Source: Azolla caroliniana
Taxonomy: Eukaryota > Plantae > Polypodiophyta
Reading direction: 5' to 3'
Assembly (NCBI GenBank): GCA_043228905.1
Contig: JBHGNT010000014.1
Coordinates: 10,416,001-10,480,000 of the forward strand
Length of the DNA: 64,000 nt
The position numbers and the translations under genes were made by a program. Position 1 is the first letter of the stretch. The number at the start of each line of letters is the position of its first letter. This document shows positions 26,301-39,667 of the stretch, one piece after another. The notes under the pieces were generated by a model. It saw nothing but the letters and a program-made list of their open reading frames with translations. It was not told the DNA's origin and made no database searches.

Positions 26301-29273
26301 TCGCGGCGGACACGCGCTTGTTTGGTGTGAGGGTTATAGCACTTATAACCGTTCTGCTCGTCCACTCGGTCCAGTTAAACGGAGTGAAATTGGACTCTCT
26401 TCGCAGGCCTCGATTTCGGGCTCATCCGGAGGCATCTCGGCCTCTCTAACCTCATCATCAGAGCTCGGATTGGAGTCGGGGTTCGGAGTCGGGGGCTGGT
26501 ACCAGGACGCGGACTCGTCAAACACAACGTCGCGGATGACACGCGCTTGTTTGGTGCGAGGGTTATCGCACTTATAACCCTTCTGCTCGTCCGAGTAACC
26601 GACCAAGATGCATTTCTCGGCCTTTGCGTCCAACTTCCTCTTTTTCTCCTTCGGTACATGCACATACGCAATGCTACCGAACACCCTCAAGTGTCGCAAG
26701 TTCGGCTTCGTTCCGAAATATAGCTCGTGCGCCGACACTTTGTCTCCGATCCGGTTCTGGATGTATATCGTGGTCCTTACCGCCTCGGTCCATTAGAACT
26801 TGGGCAAGCTCTTCTCCTCCAGCATTGCTCGTGCCGCTTCCACAACTGACCGATTCTTCCTCTTGGCCACGCCGTTCTGCTCCGGCGTGTATCTACAACT
26901 GAATTCGCGCCGAATTCCCATTTGTTGTAGGTAACCGTTAAATTGACCAGAAAAGTACTCTTTCCCGTCATCCGACCGCAGGCACTTGATCTTTCATCCC
27001 GTTTCCGTTTCCACGAACCCTTTGAGGTCCCGGAAACAGTCGAAGACTTCGCTCTTCCTCTCAATGAGGTAGATCCACGTGTGCCGCGTGTGGTCGTCGA
27101 TGAAGGAGACGAAATATCGGCTCCCGCCAAGACTAACGTTTTGTGCCAGCCCCCATACATCGGAGTGTATAAGGTCGAGCTTGTTTTGGCTCCGGTTTCG
27201 CTCGTTGGGGAAAGGAAGTCAGTGTTGCTTCCCGAGCTGGCAGGCTTCACAAATTTGTGCCTTTCGGCCACTAAATTTGGGCAATCCGAACACTACGTGT
27301 TTCGATTGCAGATCTTGAAGCCGCTGGTAGTTGACGTGGCCTATCCGCTTGTGCCACAAGTCAATGTCCGACTTGGATTTTTGTCCCTTCGCGAACATTG
27401 TGGTGTCGCCGACAGTGGAATCGAGGATGAACATCCTCCGGTCTCTGCACCCTTGCGCAATCACACGACCTTCTTCCTCAATGAAGCACCCGAGGTGTGT
27501 AAACCGAACCTCCATCCCTTGGTCGACGATCTGTCCGACCGAGACCAAGTTCTTTGTGATTGTCGGAACGTGCAGCACGTTCATGAGTTTCCCTTTCTGC
27601 CCGACATGGCTAAGGGGAACTTCTCCGACATTCGCGATCAGATGCGGAGTGTCGTCTCCAGTTGCGACTACTCTAGGTTGTATCGGTTTTTCAAGGTACG
27701 AGAACCACTCCTTATGGCTCGTCATGTGGTTTGACGCGCCGGAGTCTACGTACCACACCTTGTCCGATCTCGGGGTGGTCTGTTTCATTGAGTTTGCTTC
27801 GTGTCTCGTCACGAAGGCAGACTCTTCTCCGGCTCTCCCGGAGTCTTCGGCATAGTGCAATCGCTGCCAATTTCCCTTGTCGGTATGTCCGGAGCCGTTT
27901 CCGGAACCAGTTCTCTCCGAATCGGCAGGGTTCTTCTAGCACTCACTTTCCCTGTGGCCTTTCTTGCCACAATACCAGCACTCCGCGATGACCTTCCCTT
28001 GCCGGTTCTCATCGCTTCGACTCCCCCTGTTTCCGGAGGGTCCGGAGTTGCTGTCGGCATCACTTCAGTGCCTTCTTCCTTGATCCCGTTGGCCGCCTCC
28101 ATTGCGCGCCGACTAGCCTCCTCCTCCACGTCCACGGGGCCTATCTCCCTCCATGTACAACATTCTGCTGTCGGTGTGCGTGGTTGTAGATGCACCCGCG
28201 TGGTTCTCCTCTATTAGGAGCATTGACTATAAGTCTAAAAAGGACGGCGTATTCTCCCGGGTACACACAGCCGTTCGGAATGCTCCGAACTTCGACGCCA
28301 AACCTCCGAGACAGATCTGGACCATCTCGCTCTCCTCGATGTTCACCTCTATGGAGGCGAGGGAGTCGCAGATATCCTTGATCTTCGAGGTATAGTCCGC
28401 CATTGACAAGTTGCGTTGTCGTAGGTTGCTCAACTCCTGTCGGAGCTGAAGCTTCCTGGTTGTGGTGCTCGCGGCGAAAATCTTCTTCAGATTTTCCCAC
28501 GCACCCTTCGACATCTTTGCATCCCAAACATAGGTCAATAGCTGTTCGCCCACACACGACGCGAAGCAGTATAATACCCTGCTCGCCGATTGCTCCCACG
28601 ACGGGAAGTCTCTGTGTGTCGATTCGGGTGCCGTGTCCTTAGCTCCTTCGACATAACTCCAGTAGCCGTGCTCGAGCAGGTACTGGTGCATCTTGTAGGA
28701 CCAAGACGTGTAGTTGGTTCTGTCGAGCTTCTCTGTTGGAAGCGAGCTCGCTATGCCTCTATGCATCGTTCTTCTTGTTCTTCTTTGTCAAGCTGTGTCG
28801 GCTGCAGAGAGGCTCTCAACCCTCGCGCTCTGATTTCATGTAAAAAGTAACATGCGGAAGCAAGTATGAAGACCGAACAGAAGGAAAAAAACTCAGGTTT
28901 AATGGAGAGCTTGAGCTTACGCAGTATACGCGGGAGAGACAGAGAGAGTGATAGAGAGAAAAGACAAGAACTATATTCAAAAAACTCTATTCACCATTCT
29001 CTGTACATATGTGTGTTCAATGAACACTTTTATACAAGTCCTAGAAGGACTGACAGTACTTCAATGCTCACTAAGAGCTCCTACACTAACTCCCAAATAT
29101 ATTCCTCACGGAATATCTTTCCTAACGGCCTCCCGGTTTACGCACCGATCCGGCCCTACCTACGCACCGGTCTGCGTACCGGTTTACGCATTCGGCCTAA
29201 CCGATCGGTCCCAACCGATCCGGTCCTCGGCTTCTTCAGACGATCGGGCCGATGTTGAGCTTGTCTCTCAACA
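23301..29273 (-). mobile_element. Ty1/copia family B two-LTR element (chimeric, flanks do not match)
   Basis: LTRs 23301-23761 (461 bp) and 28839-29273 (435 bp), TG...CA. PPT 23762-23771 and degenerate Met-PBS 28827-28838. gag-PR-INT-RT-RH with frameshifts. Flanks tttat versus cacgc. Internal 228-bp duplication. Confidence 0.93.
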
Positions 29274-32073
29274 CACGCTCTGTACCCTTGGACGGAGACA
29301 CGCCACAGAGAGTCTGGACCGGTAAGGAAGTGGGCTGCCGGCATCTGAAGGTATTCGGGTGTCTTGTGTATGTGCATGTAGCTAAGGACCGGAGACGAAA
29401 AGTAGATCCGAAGACCCGGCCATGCATATTCCTCGGTTACGACGACGATGAGGTCGGCTACCGAGTGTGGGACCTTGTCGACAAGAAGGTATTCCGGAGT
29501 CGAGATATTATCTTCATGGAGGACAAGACGCTCGCCGACTGGGAGTCGGAGAAGAAGATAATGAACTCCGAGTCAACTGGTAAGGATCGATTCTACGATG
29601 AGCAGACCCAACCGGCAAGAGACCGGTTAGCACTCGTGGAACCAGTCGGTTACGGTGAGGATACCGAACCGGCAGAAGAAGAAGTAGAGGAAGCTGAAAC
29701 CGGAACCGGCCAAGACCCATCATCAGATTCGGATGAAGAGCAAATGGAGGAGCCGGTTACCGAAGCCCAAAGACGGAGATATCCTCTCAGAGAGAGAAGG
29801 GGCCCCCAGAGATTTCTGGATGCAGAGCATGTGCTGCTAATCGATGAGGGGGAGCCAGAAAGCTTCGAAGAAGCAAAGGATGACACCCACAACCGAAAAT
29901 GGTTAAGTGCCATGCAAGATGAGATGAATTCCCTGCATGAGAACCATACGTACAAATTGGTGGAGTTGCCGAAAGGAAAGCAGGCACTCCGAAACAAGTG
30001 GGTGTACAAGTTGAAACCGGCAGATGTCGGCAACCCCCCGAGATACAAAGCCAGGATCGTGGTTAAGGGGTTCCAGCAGAATAAGGGTGTGGACTTCGAC
30101 GAGATATTTTCCCCGGTAGTAAAGATGACCTCCATCCGGACGATGCTGAGTATAGTGGCAAGCATGGACCTCGAGGTAGAGCAGCTGGACGTGAAGACAA
30201 CATTCCTTCACGGTGACCTCGTAGAGGAGATCTACATGCAGCAATCGGAAGGATTCGTGGAGAATGGGAAGGAGCACCTAGTATGCCGGTTGAAGAAGAT
30301 CCTGTACGGATTGAAGCAGGCTCCCGGACAATGGTACTGGAAGTTCGACTCCTTCATGACCGATCAAGGGTACCACAAGACGCAGGCCGATCACTGCGTG
30401 TTTGTGAAGAAGTTCGAAGGACACGACTTCCTGATACTCCTGTACGTGGAAGACATCTTGATCGTCGGACGGGACCAAGCCAAAATACGGATGCTGAAGA
30501 AGGCTCTCAATCAGACCTTCTCAATGAAAGACTTGGGTCCGGCAAGACAGATGCTGGGGATGCATATTATCCAGAACCGGTCAATGAAGCAATTGTGGCT
30601 GTCACAAGAGAAGTACGTGACAAAGGTGATTCAACAGTTCAACATGTTAGAAGCGAAACCGGTCGGATCGACACTTCCGGCAAACTGCAGGTTATCCGGT
30701 AAGCAAAGCCCAAAGACGAAAGCAGAGAAGGCGGATATGATGAAGGTTCCATATGCCTCTGCCATCGGGAGCTTAATGTACGCAATGGTGTGTACCCGAC
30801 CGGATATAGGATACGCAGTCGGAGTGGTGAGCCGGTTTATGAGCAATCCCAGCAAGGAGCACTGGAACGCGGTCAAATGGATACTCCGGTACATGAAGGG
30901 CACTTCAAATATGTGTCTCCGATTCGGCTCCGGAAAACCTCAACTTGACGGTTTTAACGATTCGAACATGTCGGCTGATGTGGATACCAGTCGATCTACA
31001 TCCGGGTATGTAATGACATATGCAGGGTGAGCTGTTTCGTGGCAGTAGAGGCTACAGAAGACGGTTGCGTTGTCAACCACAGAGGCGGAGTACATGGCGG
31101 CTGTGGACGCCGACAAGGAAATATTATGGATGAAGGACTTCATCGGAGAGCTCGGTATCCGGCAAGATGAATACCGGCTCTATTGCGATAGTCAAAGTGC
31201 CATCCACCTTGCTAAGAATGCGGCCTTCCATTCCCGGACGAAGCATATCCAGCGTAGGTATCACTGGATCCGGGAAAGAGTAGATGACCAAGAGTTCGCG
31301 CTAACGAAGATCCACATGGCCGAGAATGGGTCAGATATGCTGACCAAAGTACTGACACCTGACAAGCTGGATGCATGTCGGAAGCGGGTCGGACTAGTAA
31401 GACATCCCATGCTGGAGTGAAGGGGGATTTTGTTAAGAAACAGGTCCCTCCGGATGGGAAGTGAGAAGACCCGGTGAGAATCGGATGAGGAGTACCTGGA
31501 AACGGAACACCCGATGAGAACCAGATGAGGAGTACCCGGAAATGGAAGACTCGGTGAGAACTGGATGATGAGTGCCCGACAAGCGCCGAATGATGCAGGC
31601 CCGGTGAGGAGTGCTCACCGGATGAAGGGACATATTCGTAAATATGTTTTTGAGAGTCCATTGGGGCTATATTTTTAAATATCCGAAAAGTCATTTTAGT
31701 ATAAATATGACTTAGGGCAAACTGAGTGTATGGGATGTTGTCATTCTTGTTGGTGCAAGATTAGAGTGCAACAGTGTACAGAGAGAGAGAGAGAGAAAGA
31801 AACGAAGAGTTCGTATCTTTGTTGTAATCGCCGCCTGTGGCGAAGACAGTGAACAAGAGGTCGTTGCCTCTGTGTTCATCTATTGTATATTGTTACATAG
31901 TGATAGTTAGCAGTTAGTGGACTGCCGTGGTTTTTCCCGTGTTTGGGTTTTCCACGTAAACATCCTGTGTACTCTTCTCTCCATTGTGTCATGCATCCAT
32001 TCCCATTTTTTGTGTTTGATTTTAAGCTTGGTTGTGGCTGAGCGTTGTTCATTGGGACGCGTAGTTCTTGTCA
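29274..32073 (+). mobile_element. Ty1/copia family A second copy, 5'-truncated exactly at the family-B LTR
   Basis: Collinear with 648-3403 (SVPLDGDTPQRVWTG to RVGLVRHPMLE). PPT 31418-31427. 3' LTR 31431-32073 (tgttaag...cttgtca). Confidence 0.93.
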
Positions 32074-34087
32074 ATATATTTGTCTGATCGGGTATCGCCA
32101 TTTTGATCCTTGTCTTTGGTCATATTCTGGAGAATAGTCTGTCTCATAGTGGTCCCGTAAGTACTCGTCTCTCTGTTGTTCCTCATACTGGTATATGCCC
32201 TCTGGTGTATAGCGGTGCTCTCTTTGGAACCGATCCTGGTCCGACCGCCTTTCATCCCAAGGCTCGATCTTTCTGACTTGCCCCCGGAAGTTATACTCGC
32301 ACCAGTCCGTGGTATATGTCTTTGAATGACACAATAATCATTTTGAACGCATTGTGCATTCCAAGGTGGAATGGTCGGGTTGCAGACACGTCCTACATTG
32401 AACTGCCTACCGGAACCGAAGTTCCTCCTCTTTGGGCAGTGCACGTTGTAGGGTTCCCATTGCCATACAATTACCGTTTTGAGCACTATCCATATCGAAC
32501 ACCCGATCAATGACCTCGTCGATAGTACTCATCCGAAAATCTAACACTGCTAACATGGTCCGGATTGGCTCCTAGAGAGCTGCGAGAAATACTACCTTAG
32601 CTTCATCCTTGGGGGTGCCCTCATCAGCTGGGTGTGCAGTGTTTGGAATCGGATGATAAATTGTGGTACGGTTTTATTTGCTTCTTGGCAGGTAGTATAG
32701 ACCCGTCTAACTAGCTCTCGCTACACCAACTGTCAATAAAATAGCCACAGTAACTTAACCTGCAGGGCCTGAAATGTAGCGAAGGTCCCTAGAAGATGTT
32801 TGGCATGCCAACACACTGCCGGTCCTTCTAATGATAGCCCGAATTATGCTATTTTTTATTGTTCAGCTTCTACTTCCGTTAGCCGATGTGAGACATGGTT
32901 GGCCTCCCATGTCTATAAAAAGGCATAGACGCATGCCTCCGTGTCCGGTTTGTCATGGTACTTGGGGTATGGCCATGGCATGTTATCTTCTTCTTCAGCC
33001 CATTCTAGTTTTGGTACGGGTTTGTGTACCCATGGTATCAGCATATGGTTGTCTTCCTCCTCTGGTTGATGTTCCGGAATTACTTCTTTTGACCGTAGTA
33101 GATTAACTACCCCTATTGGTGGTGTCGGAACCGGATTTTCTTGTTCGTCCGGAGTTCCTAACTCCGGTGTTGGTGTGTGCTTAGATCCATCTTCCTCCGG
33201 CTCGTCCGGAGTGTCATGACTGGATTTGTAGTTCGAGTGGATGCTCTACTCGTCGCTGTCCAATCTCGTCTGGAATGCCGAAAAGGCATCTGAATCTCCA
33301 GTGCCTATTGCTAAAGTCTACAATATTGATTCAATATAGAGCAGACTGGTAAGACTGCTTCCTTTGTTTGAGTGTCATTGATTTTGAATCCAGACCATTT
33401 CCTTGGCAACCCGCTGAAGCACTTTGGGAAAAGATCAATCATGTCAGATCTCTTATGTTGCTTGTGGGTAAGCTTCCCACCTCCGTAGTTTATCGGCTAA
33501 TCTTCTCGCCCGCTCGTTCAATGGGTCGTTCGTCTGTCTAGACATCCATTCCCCATTGTTCATTGCTTTGTGCAAGAATCATAGTCACCAAAATTGTGTT
33601 AATCCTAGGCTGGACTTAGCCGGTAACACAAGGTGTCCTTTCCGAAACACGTATCCAAAAGGGGTGGTTGGAGATATCGATGATAATTAGGATCTTGTTC
33701 ACTTAACACTATCCGGTTACTTTCTGGAATTCCTTCCGGAATCACACAATTATCCAGATCTTAATTACATGCGTAAGATTATGAATGATAACACAAACGT
33801 CAAGTACACACGATAGAAAATAAAATTAACAACAATGCTTAACACTTGTATTACTTCTATGAATTATAAATCAATTTGGATCCTTTTATCGGCATCCGGT
33901 AAAAGTTACAAAATGGTGCCTACCCGCTACTAGCTACCGACTACTAATCGGTCTGGATCCAGATCAATACAACTATCCATATCCATCATTTCCTTAACTA
34001 TGTTAATTACTACATTGATAATATTCGTCCGGCCTTAACTCTTCCTTGTTCAGACTTTCTCTTCTGGATCATACTCATAGGACAACA
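32074..34087 (-). mobile_element. Ty3/gypsy 5' part (LTR, PBS, degenerate gag), related to 58541-64000
   Basis: LTR 33595-34087. PBS-like tggtgactatg after aacaca on the minus strand. gag and Cys-rich segments are homologous to the 59922-61238 ORF (FRQAVQC, Y/D/R-rich tract). Confidence 0.8.
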
Positions 34088-37000
34088 TAGAGCCCTCCGA
34101 AGGCCGGGGCAATAGATTTTCATCAGGGATGAGAACGATTAACACATGGTTCAGGAAAGAATGGATGATGCAAGTTATGTAGGTACCCAAGGCCGCAATG
34201 AACATTGGTAATCCCAAGGGAAGAGTTCACGGGAGGAGTAGAACACATATGGTCCTCATCAATAACAACTCAGGTAGACTGGAGACCAGATGTTCTTTTG
34301 ACTTGGAGACTGATTTGGAAGATGAAAGGGGAGACGACTCATCCTTGACGATGATTTGTAATAGGGCAGCAGTATGTATCCGATACCTTACATTTGACAA
34401 CGAGGTTAAGGGGCTACAAACATTGTGGAAGAGCTCCCTGATACAATGAGAGATTATGGAACTTGTTCAAGATGTTCCATTGGTTTGCATATGGAAGGTG
34501 CACGATCTAATGCTAAAGCATGGTTTGTTCAATTTCCATTGTGATGAATTACCCAAGGATAAAAAATGGAAAATAAGTATGGAGTGGGAATTTATATGGA
34601 GTATGGTGGAGACATATTTGTTGAGCATGGGAGAATTTCCCTTGGCTTTTTTCGTGAACCCAAGTCAATGAGAATTTGTTCTTGGAATTTGCAGGGACTT
34701 GGTGGGTCACAACATCTGCTAGAGAAGCAAATGTTTAGGAGGGAGATGTAGCATCACTGTGGGTGGGAATAAAAGAACCAAAATTTTCAAAGACCCGTTG
34801 CTAGCGGATTGGTACACATGGTGGGCTCTTGCTCACGGTGTGTTAGAGAGGAGGGGTGGAGTCTATATTTCGGTAAGGAAATCACCAGATATAGTCATTT
34901 TGGATCATGGTGTACTGATAGAAGGCAAGGCGATGTTCAGCTACCTGGAATGGAGGAATGTCAAATTAGGGGTGTTGAATGTCTATCCACCAAATGGTAG
35001 CAGTGAGAGGACCTCATTTTGGAGTGTGTTGGCAAACAAAATTCTCTCCTTCGACAACTGGATAGTGATGGGGGATTTTAACATGATAGAGAGAATGTAA
35101 TATTGTCTCAACGCTCATTTGAACTTGTTATAGGGGGACGAGCTTAGACCATGGGGTTTCTTAATTTCTATGCTCAGAATCCGGGATTCATGGTATTCTA
35201 GTATGGCGGTTGAGGCAAATTCCTTGAGGTTTACATGATTTGGTTGGAAGGAGAGTGAAGGAGGTCACTCTAGATTGGACCGCTATGTGGCCCCTCGAAT
35301 AGAGGATTGGAGGGGGTACACATCCATTCTAACTGGCTTTACTTACTCGGATCACCTTCCAATCTCCTTGACTCTCGATCCTATTTATAAGAAGAAGAGT
35401 GAGGGAAATTTGAGGATTCCTCCGAGGATGTTTGGTATCCAAAAGGTTAAGGATGCAATGAATAACATCTGGGCAACATCCCCATCATCCAATGACCCAT
35501 TATAGGTATTGGAGGAAAATATTATTAATTCTTAATATGTTCTTCAGAAAGCAGCGAGGGTGGAGCTGGTAAGGTGTCATACTTGCTGCAATGCCTGAGG
35601 AAGGCTGTCATCTTAGGTCAAAAGCTTACGTAAGTGGACCCATATTGTGCTTGGGTGAAAGATAGACTATAGGAGGCCACTAAGCCGATGCACAAGATTA
35701 GACAACAATGCGACCAATTCCTCTTTAGAAAGTCGGCAGCATGGTGGGCTATCAAGGGGGATAAAGTCAACAAGGAGTTTTTTCTTACCAAGGCTCCCAA
35801 ACTGAGAGGAACGCATATTCAAAGTCTCAAACGGGAGGATGATTTGATGGTGACTGATCAAGGGGAAATCTTGCAACTGGAGACTAATTATTACAGAGAC
35901 CTTTTAGCTCTAGCGTTGACAGATGGCCCACCGAGTAACTGGGTGCATGACCTAGTTCCATGCTTGAAGACCAGGATTGGAGAGGTAGCCAAAACTCAAT
36001 TGTCAAAGGCCATAGAGAAGGAAGAGATTGTAGCGGGGCTAGACAAGATACATAATATGGCTTGTCTTGGCTTGTCCTTCCCAATGCCTTCTTCGAGGAG
36101 TTTTGGGAGAAAACTTTTCCAAGTTTGGAAGCTGGATTACAAGAGATGTGGAGAACTGGAAGGATGCCGAGCAGCTTCAATGAAGGCTTGATATACTTGA
36201 TTTCTAAATCGGAGACTCATTGTACGAGATTAGACAGTGGAGGCCCATTACAATTTTAAATATAATTTATAAAATGTTTGCTAACATACTAGTGTAGAGA
36301 GTCAAGCCCTTTTTAGGAGATATCATCCAAACCAATAAAATTAGTTTCATGGAGCATCTATTTATTATGGACAATGCGATATTGTTTTGGGAAGTTGTTG
36401 CAACGGAGAGTGAGACCAAGCAAAACTTAGCCTGTCTAATGCTTGACTTCGAAAATGCCTATGATCGAGTGCAATGGTCTTTCCTTGAAGAAGTGATGAA
36501 GGTCATTGAGCTACTGTGGTAATAGAGGTGTGTTGCCCAAGACTTATGTAGGAATGGCATGAATAAGGTGTTGATTACAGAGAGGAAAGGAGCTAGAACC
36601 TCTCTAACCAGATCCATCAAACAAGCTTGTCCTCTCGCCCCCTTTATGTTCCTCTTTATTTCTGAAGCAATGCCAACCTTTTTTAATAGTTAGGGGGTAA
36701 ATTTACATGGCCTTTCAATCCCTAACTCAAGGAGGTCCCTGCTGGACTCAGAGTTTGCGGACAATACGATGTTGTACCTCTAAGGCAATGAAGCGAATCT
36801 TGAGAGGGCACAGATTGCTACCGATCTCTTCTGCAAAGCATTTGGAGCCTCCATGAATTGGAATAAGTCCAAGGGTTTGTGGATTAGCTTGAAGGTCTAG
36901 AGCTTGTATGGAAGCCAAATGTTGAATTCAGATGGACTGTAAAAGGGGAACCCACTAGATATTTGGGAATGTGGATTGGTGTAGATATCGACAAAGGAAT

Positions 37001-37805
37001 ACAGTTGAAACAAATTCAAAGTAAAATTTGTGACAAAATGTGCAACTCATCAAGGATGAACTTATCATTGGCTGACACGATCATAGTAGCTAACCATGTG
37101 CTCTTGTCTACGTTGTGGCATGCGGTCTTAGTGTGGATGTTTGACAAGCATGCTATTCGTACTGTTAAAGCGTGTATCAAGGGCTTCCTATGGGCTAGGA
37201 ACAAGAAAGACAATGTGGCAGCTAAAGTATCATGGTTTACGTTGATTCTTCACAAGAGTAAGTGGGGTTTAGAATTGATTGACCCTGGATTGCAAAGTAA
37301 GGCATTGTTATGCAAGGTATTGGTAAGGAGCTTGCTGCCCGGTAATGAGTTATGGAAAACTTTGATTCATAATAGGAGCATCCTTTGGAGTCCACGACTT
37401 GGTGGGCATTGGAAGACACATAAATCATGCCTTTTTTGTATGGACTTAAAGCTGAGGAAATCTAATTAGTTGGACGATCGCACATGTATGTCAGTGATGA
37501 AGGCGTGGAGTATTCTCCGTGTGCATCTTAGTTGGATAGGTCCAAGTACTAATGTTAAATGGATGCACCAACCCCTATTGTGGAACAAGACCTTAAAGTC
37601 GATGGAGGGAAAGATGCTTGGACAAAGCAAGGGTATGCTGTGGGCTATATTGTTACAATATGTAGGGAATCATTCAATGGCAGATTGGATGCGGCTATCC
37701 ACCAATAACCTTGATAAATTATATGAATACTTGGGAATGTTCAGAAATGGCGGGAAGATGCTTGACCTAGTCAATACAATTGTATACTCTATTCCTATCA
37801 GTAGT
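34088..37805 (+). mobile_element. Degenerate L1/Tx1-type LINE (ORF1 end plus ORF2 EN-RT)
   Basis: ORF2 starts MRICSWNLQGLG at 34668. Motifs NVYPPN, MGDFN, SRLDRY, SDHLPI, WRPITILN, LDFENAYDRV, SIKQACPL, EFADN and RYLG. Many stops. Confidence 0.9.
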
Positions 37806-39250
37806 TGTTGGGAAAACAGGTCCTTTCCGAATGGGAAGAAGAGTATGAACCAAATCGGACGGAACAAATGGGTAATTCGGCTGAGGTCGAGAATCGATTG
37901 TATAACCGAGGGCGACTATATTTGTAAATACTCTAGATGTTCCCATTGAGGCTATATTTGTAAATAGTCTGCTATGTATACAAGTATATATACACATAGG
38001 GCAAGTAGTTAGACAATGTGAGTGTGAGAATCATTATTAGTTGTTACATAGTCAGAGAAGGTAGTTGCCTCTCCAAATGTGAGAGTGAGATAGAGAGAGT
38101 AAATGTGAGTTGTAACTCAACCGCCGTCTATTAGATGAAGAAGAGATTGAGGTTGTTGCTTGTGAGTCTCCTTGTATTTCTCTCTCTACATAGTGATCTG
38201 TTTCTTGGGTTTCTGGACGTCGTGGTTTTTCCATGTAAAACATCTAGTATCTCTGTACTTGTTTTTCCTTGGCTTCTCATTTTCTGTCTATGTACTGCCT
38301 ATCTCAATTCTTTGCACCCAAACATTGACGGGAACTCCAAGGCTCCTTATGTCCAACGCTCGGCCACAACCGAGATTCTTTTATACACAGAAAACAGGAA
38401 ACGAAAAAAAAACACGCGACACAAAGAGGAGAAGAGTACACAGGATGTTTACGTGGAAACCCAAACTAGGGAAAAAACCACGGCAGCCCACAGGTTGCAA
38501 ACTATCACTATGCTAGAATATACAACAGTGAGTTCACGGAGGCAACGACCTCGTGCTCACGATCTTCGCCACAGGCGGCGGTTACAACAGAGGCAGCAAC
38601 CTCTTTCTCTCTCTCTCTCTCTGTACACTGTTACGTGCTCTCTCTTCTACTTGCACAAACAAGAAATGTCAACAACAACGGTAACTCAAAGTTTTCCCTA
38701 AGTCATATTTATACTAATATGACTTTCTGGCTATTTACAAATATAGCCTCGATGGGCTCTCAGAAACATATTTACGAATATGTCTCTTCCTCCGGTTCTC
38801 ACCGGGTCAGTGTCATCCGGCTCTCCGTAGCCGGGTGCTCCTCATCCGGTTCTCACCGGGCCTGCACCATCTGGCTCTCCGTAGCAGGGTACTCCTCATC
38901 CAGTTCACACTGGGTCTGCACCATCCGGCTCTCCGTAGCTGGGTACTCCTCTTCCGGTTTCGGCCTCGGCCGAGATTGTTCGTCGACACTGTTCTTCTCC
39001 CTTCCCATCCGGAGGGACTTGTCTCCCAACAAACATTAGTAGCGGAACTGATCCTAAAACATTGGTATCACATCGATGGAAGAGTTATTCAGTGGCATGT
39101 TCAAAACTTACCGGCTCCAACTATTCAGTGTGGAAGTCGAAGATGCAGGTCATGTTGGTGAGCAAAGACCTGTGGCTGCCGGTTGAGTTCGGCAAAAGAA
39201 AGCGAGACAAGATCGATGCATCGACTTGGGAATTCATCCATCTGAAGGCA
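37806..39250 (+). mobile_element. Truncated copia (A-related): 5' LTR 37806-39061 (split by a solo LTR), Met-PBS, gag N-terminus
   Basis: tgttggg start and ...aaaaca end. tggtatca at 39063. KLTGSNYSVWKSKMQVMLVSKDLW. Flanked by gtagt at 37801-37805 and 39251-39255. Confidence 0.85.
38326..39031 (-). mobile_element. Solo LTR of copia family A (706 bp) with 5-bp TSD aacat
   Basis: TG...CA termini. aacat at 38321-38325 and 39032-39036. Reverse complement is homologous to 2804-3403 and 31431-32073. Confidence 0.95.
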
Positions 39251-39314
39251 GTAGTCCCAAGCTCGCTCTCATAGACAATAGGGTAATGAATATAGACAAC
39301 GAGAGTAATGCATA

Positions 39315-39667
39315 TGTTATTAACCGTCTTTGGTAAGAGGTCTAGCACCAACAAGGAAGAGAGATTAATGTTCTCTAACTAAACACTTCACTAATCTCTC
39401 TAAAGCTTAAAGGTTACAAGAAGGAGGAGAGGAAGCTCTAGCTCTTAATCAATAGGCAAATATTTACAAATGGAAGAACCCTTTACAAAGCCACCACAAT
39501 GTGGTTTATATAGCATTTACATTTAGGGTATGGACCTTTCACACTTGGGTGTCCCTTAGCCCTCTTTCCTCTTGCCATTCCCTCTTCGTAGGTCCTTTAG
39601 CCATACTACGTCCTTGTTGATGCACTCTTCTTCATTATCGGTCGTGGTGCGATCCATGCTCTTAACA
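39315..39667. mobile_element. Possible solo LTR (353 bp)
   Basis: tgtta...taaca inverted termini and an internal TATA-like motif. Flanks (gcata/gacat) are not a clean TSD. Confidence 0.4.
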
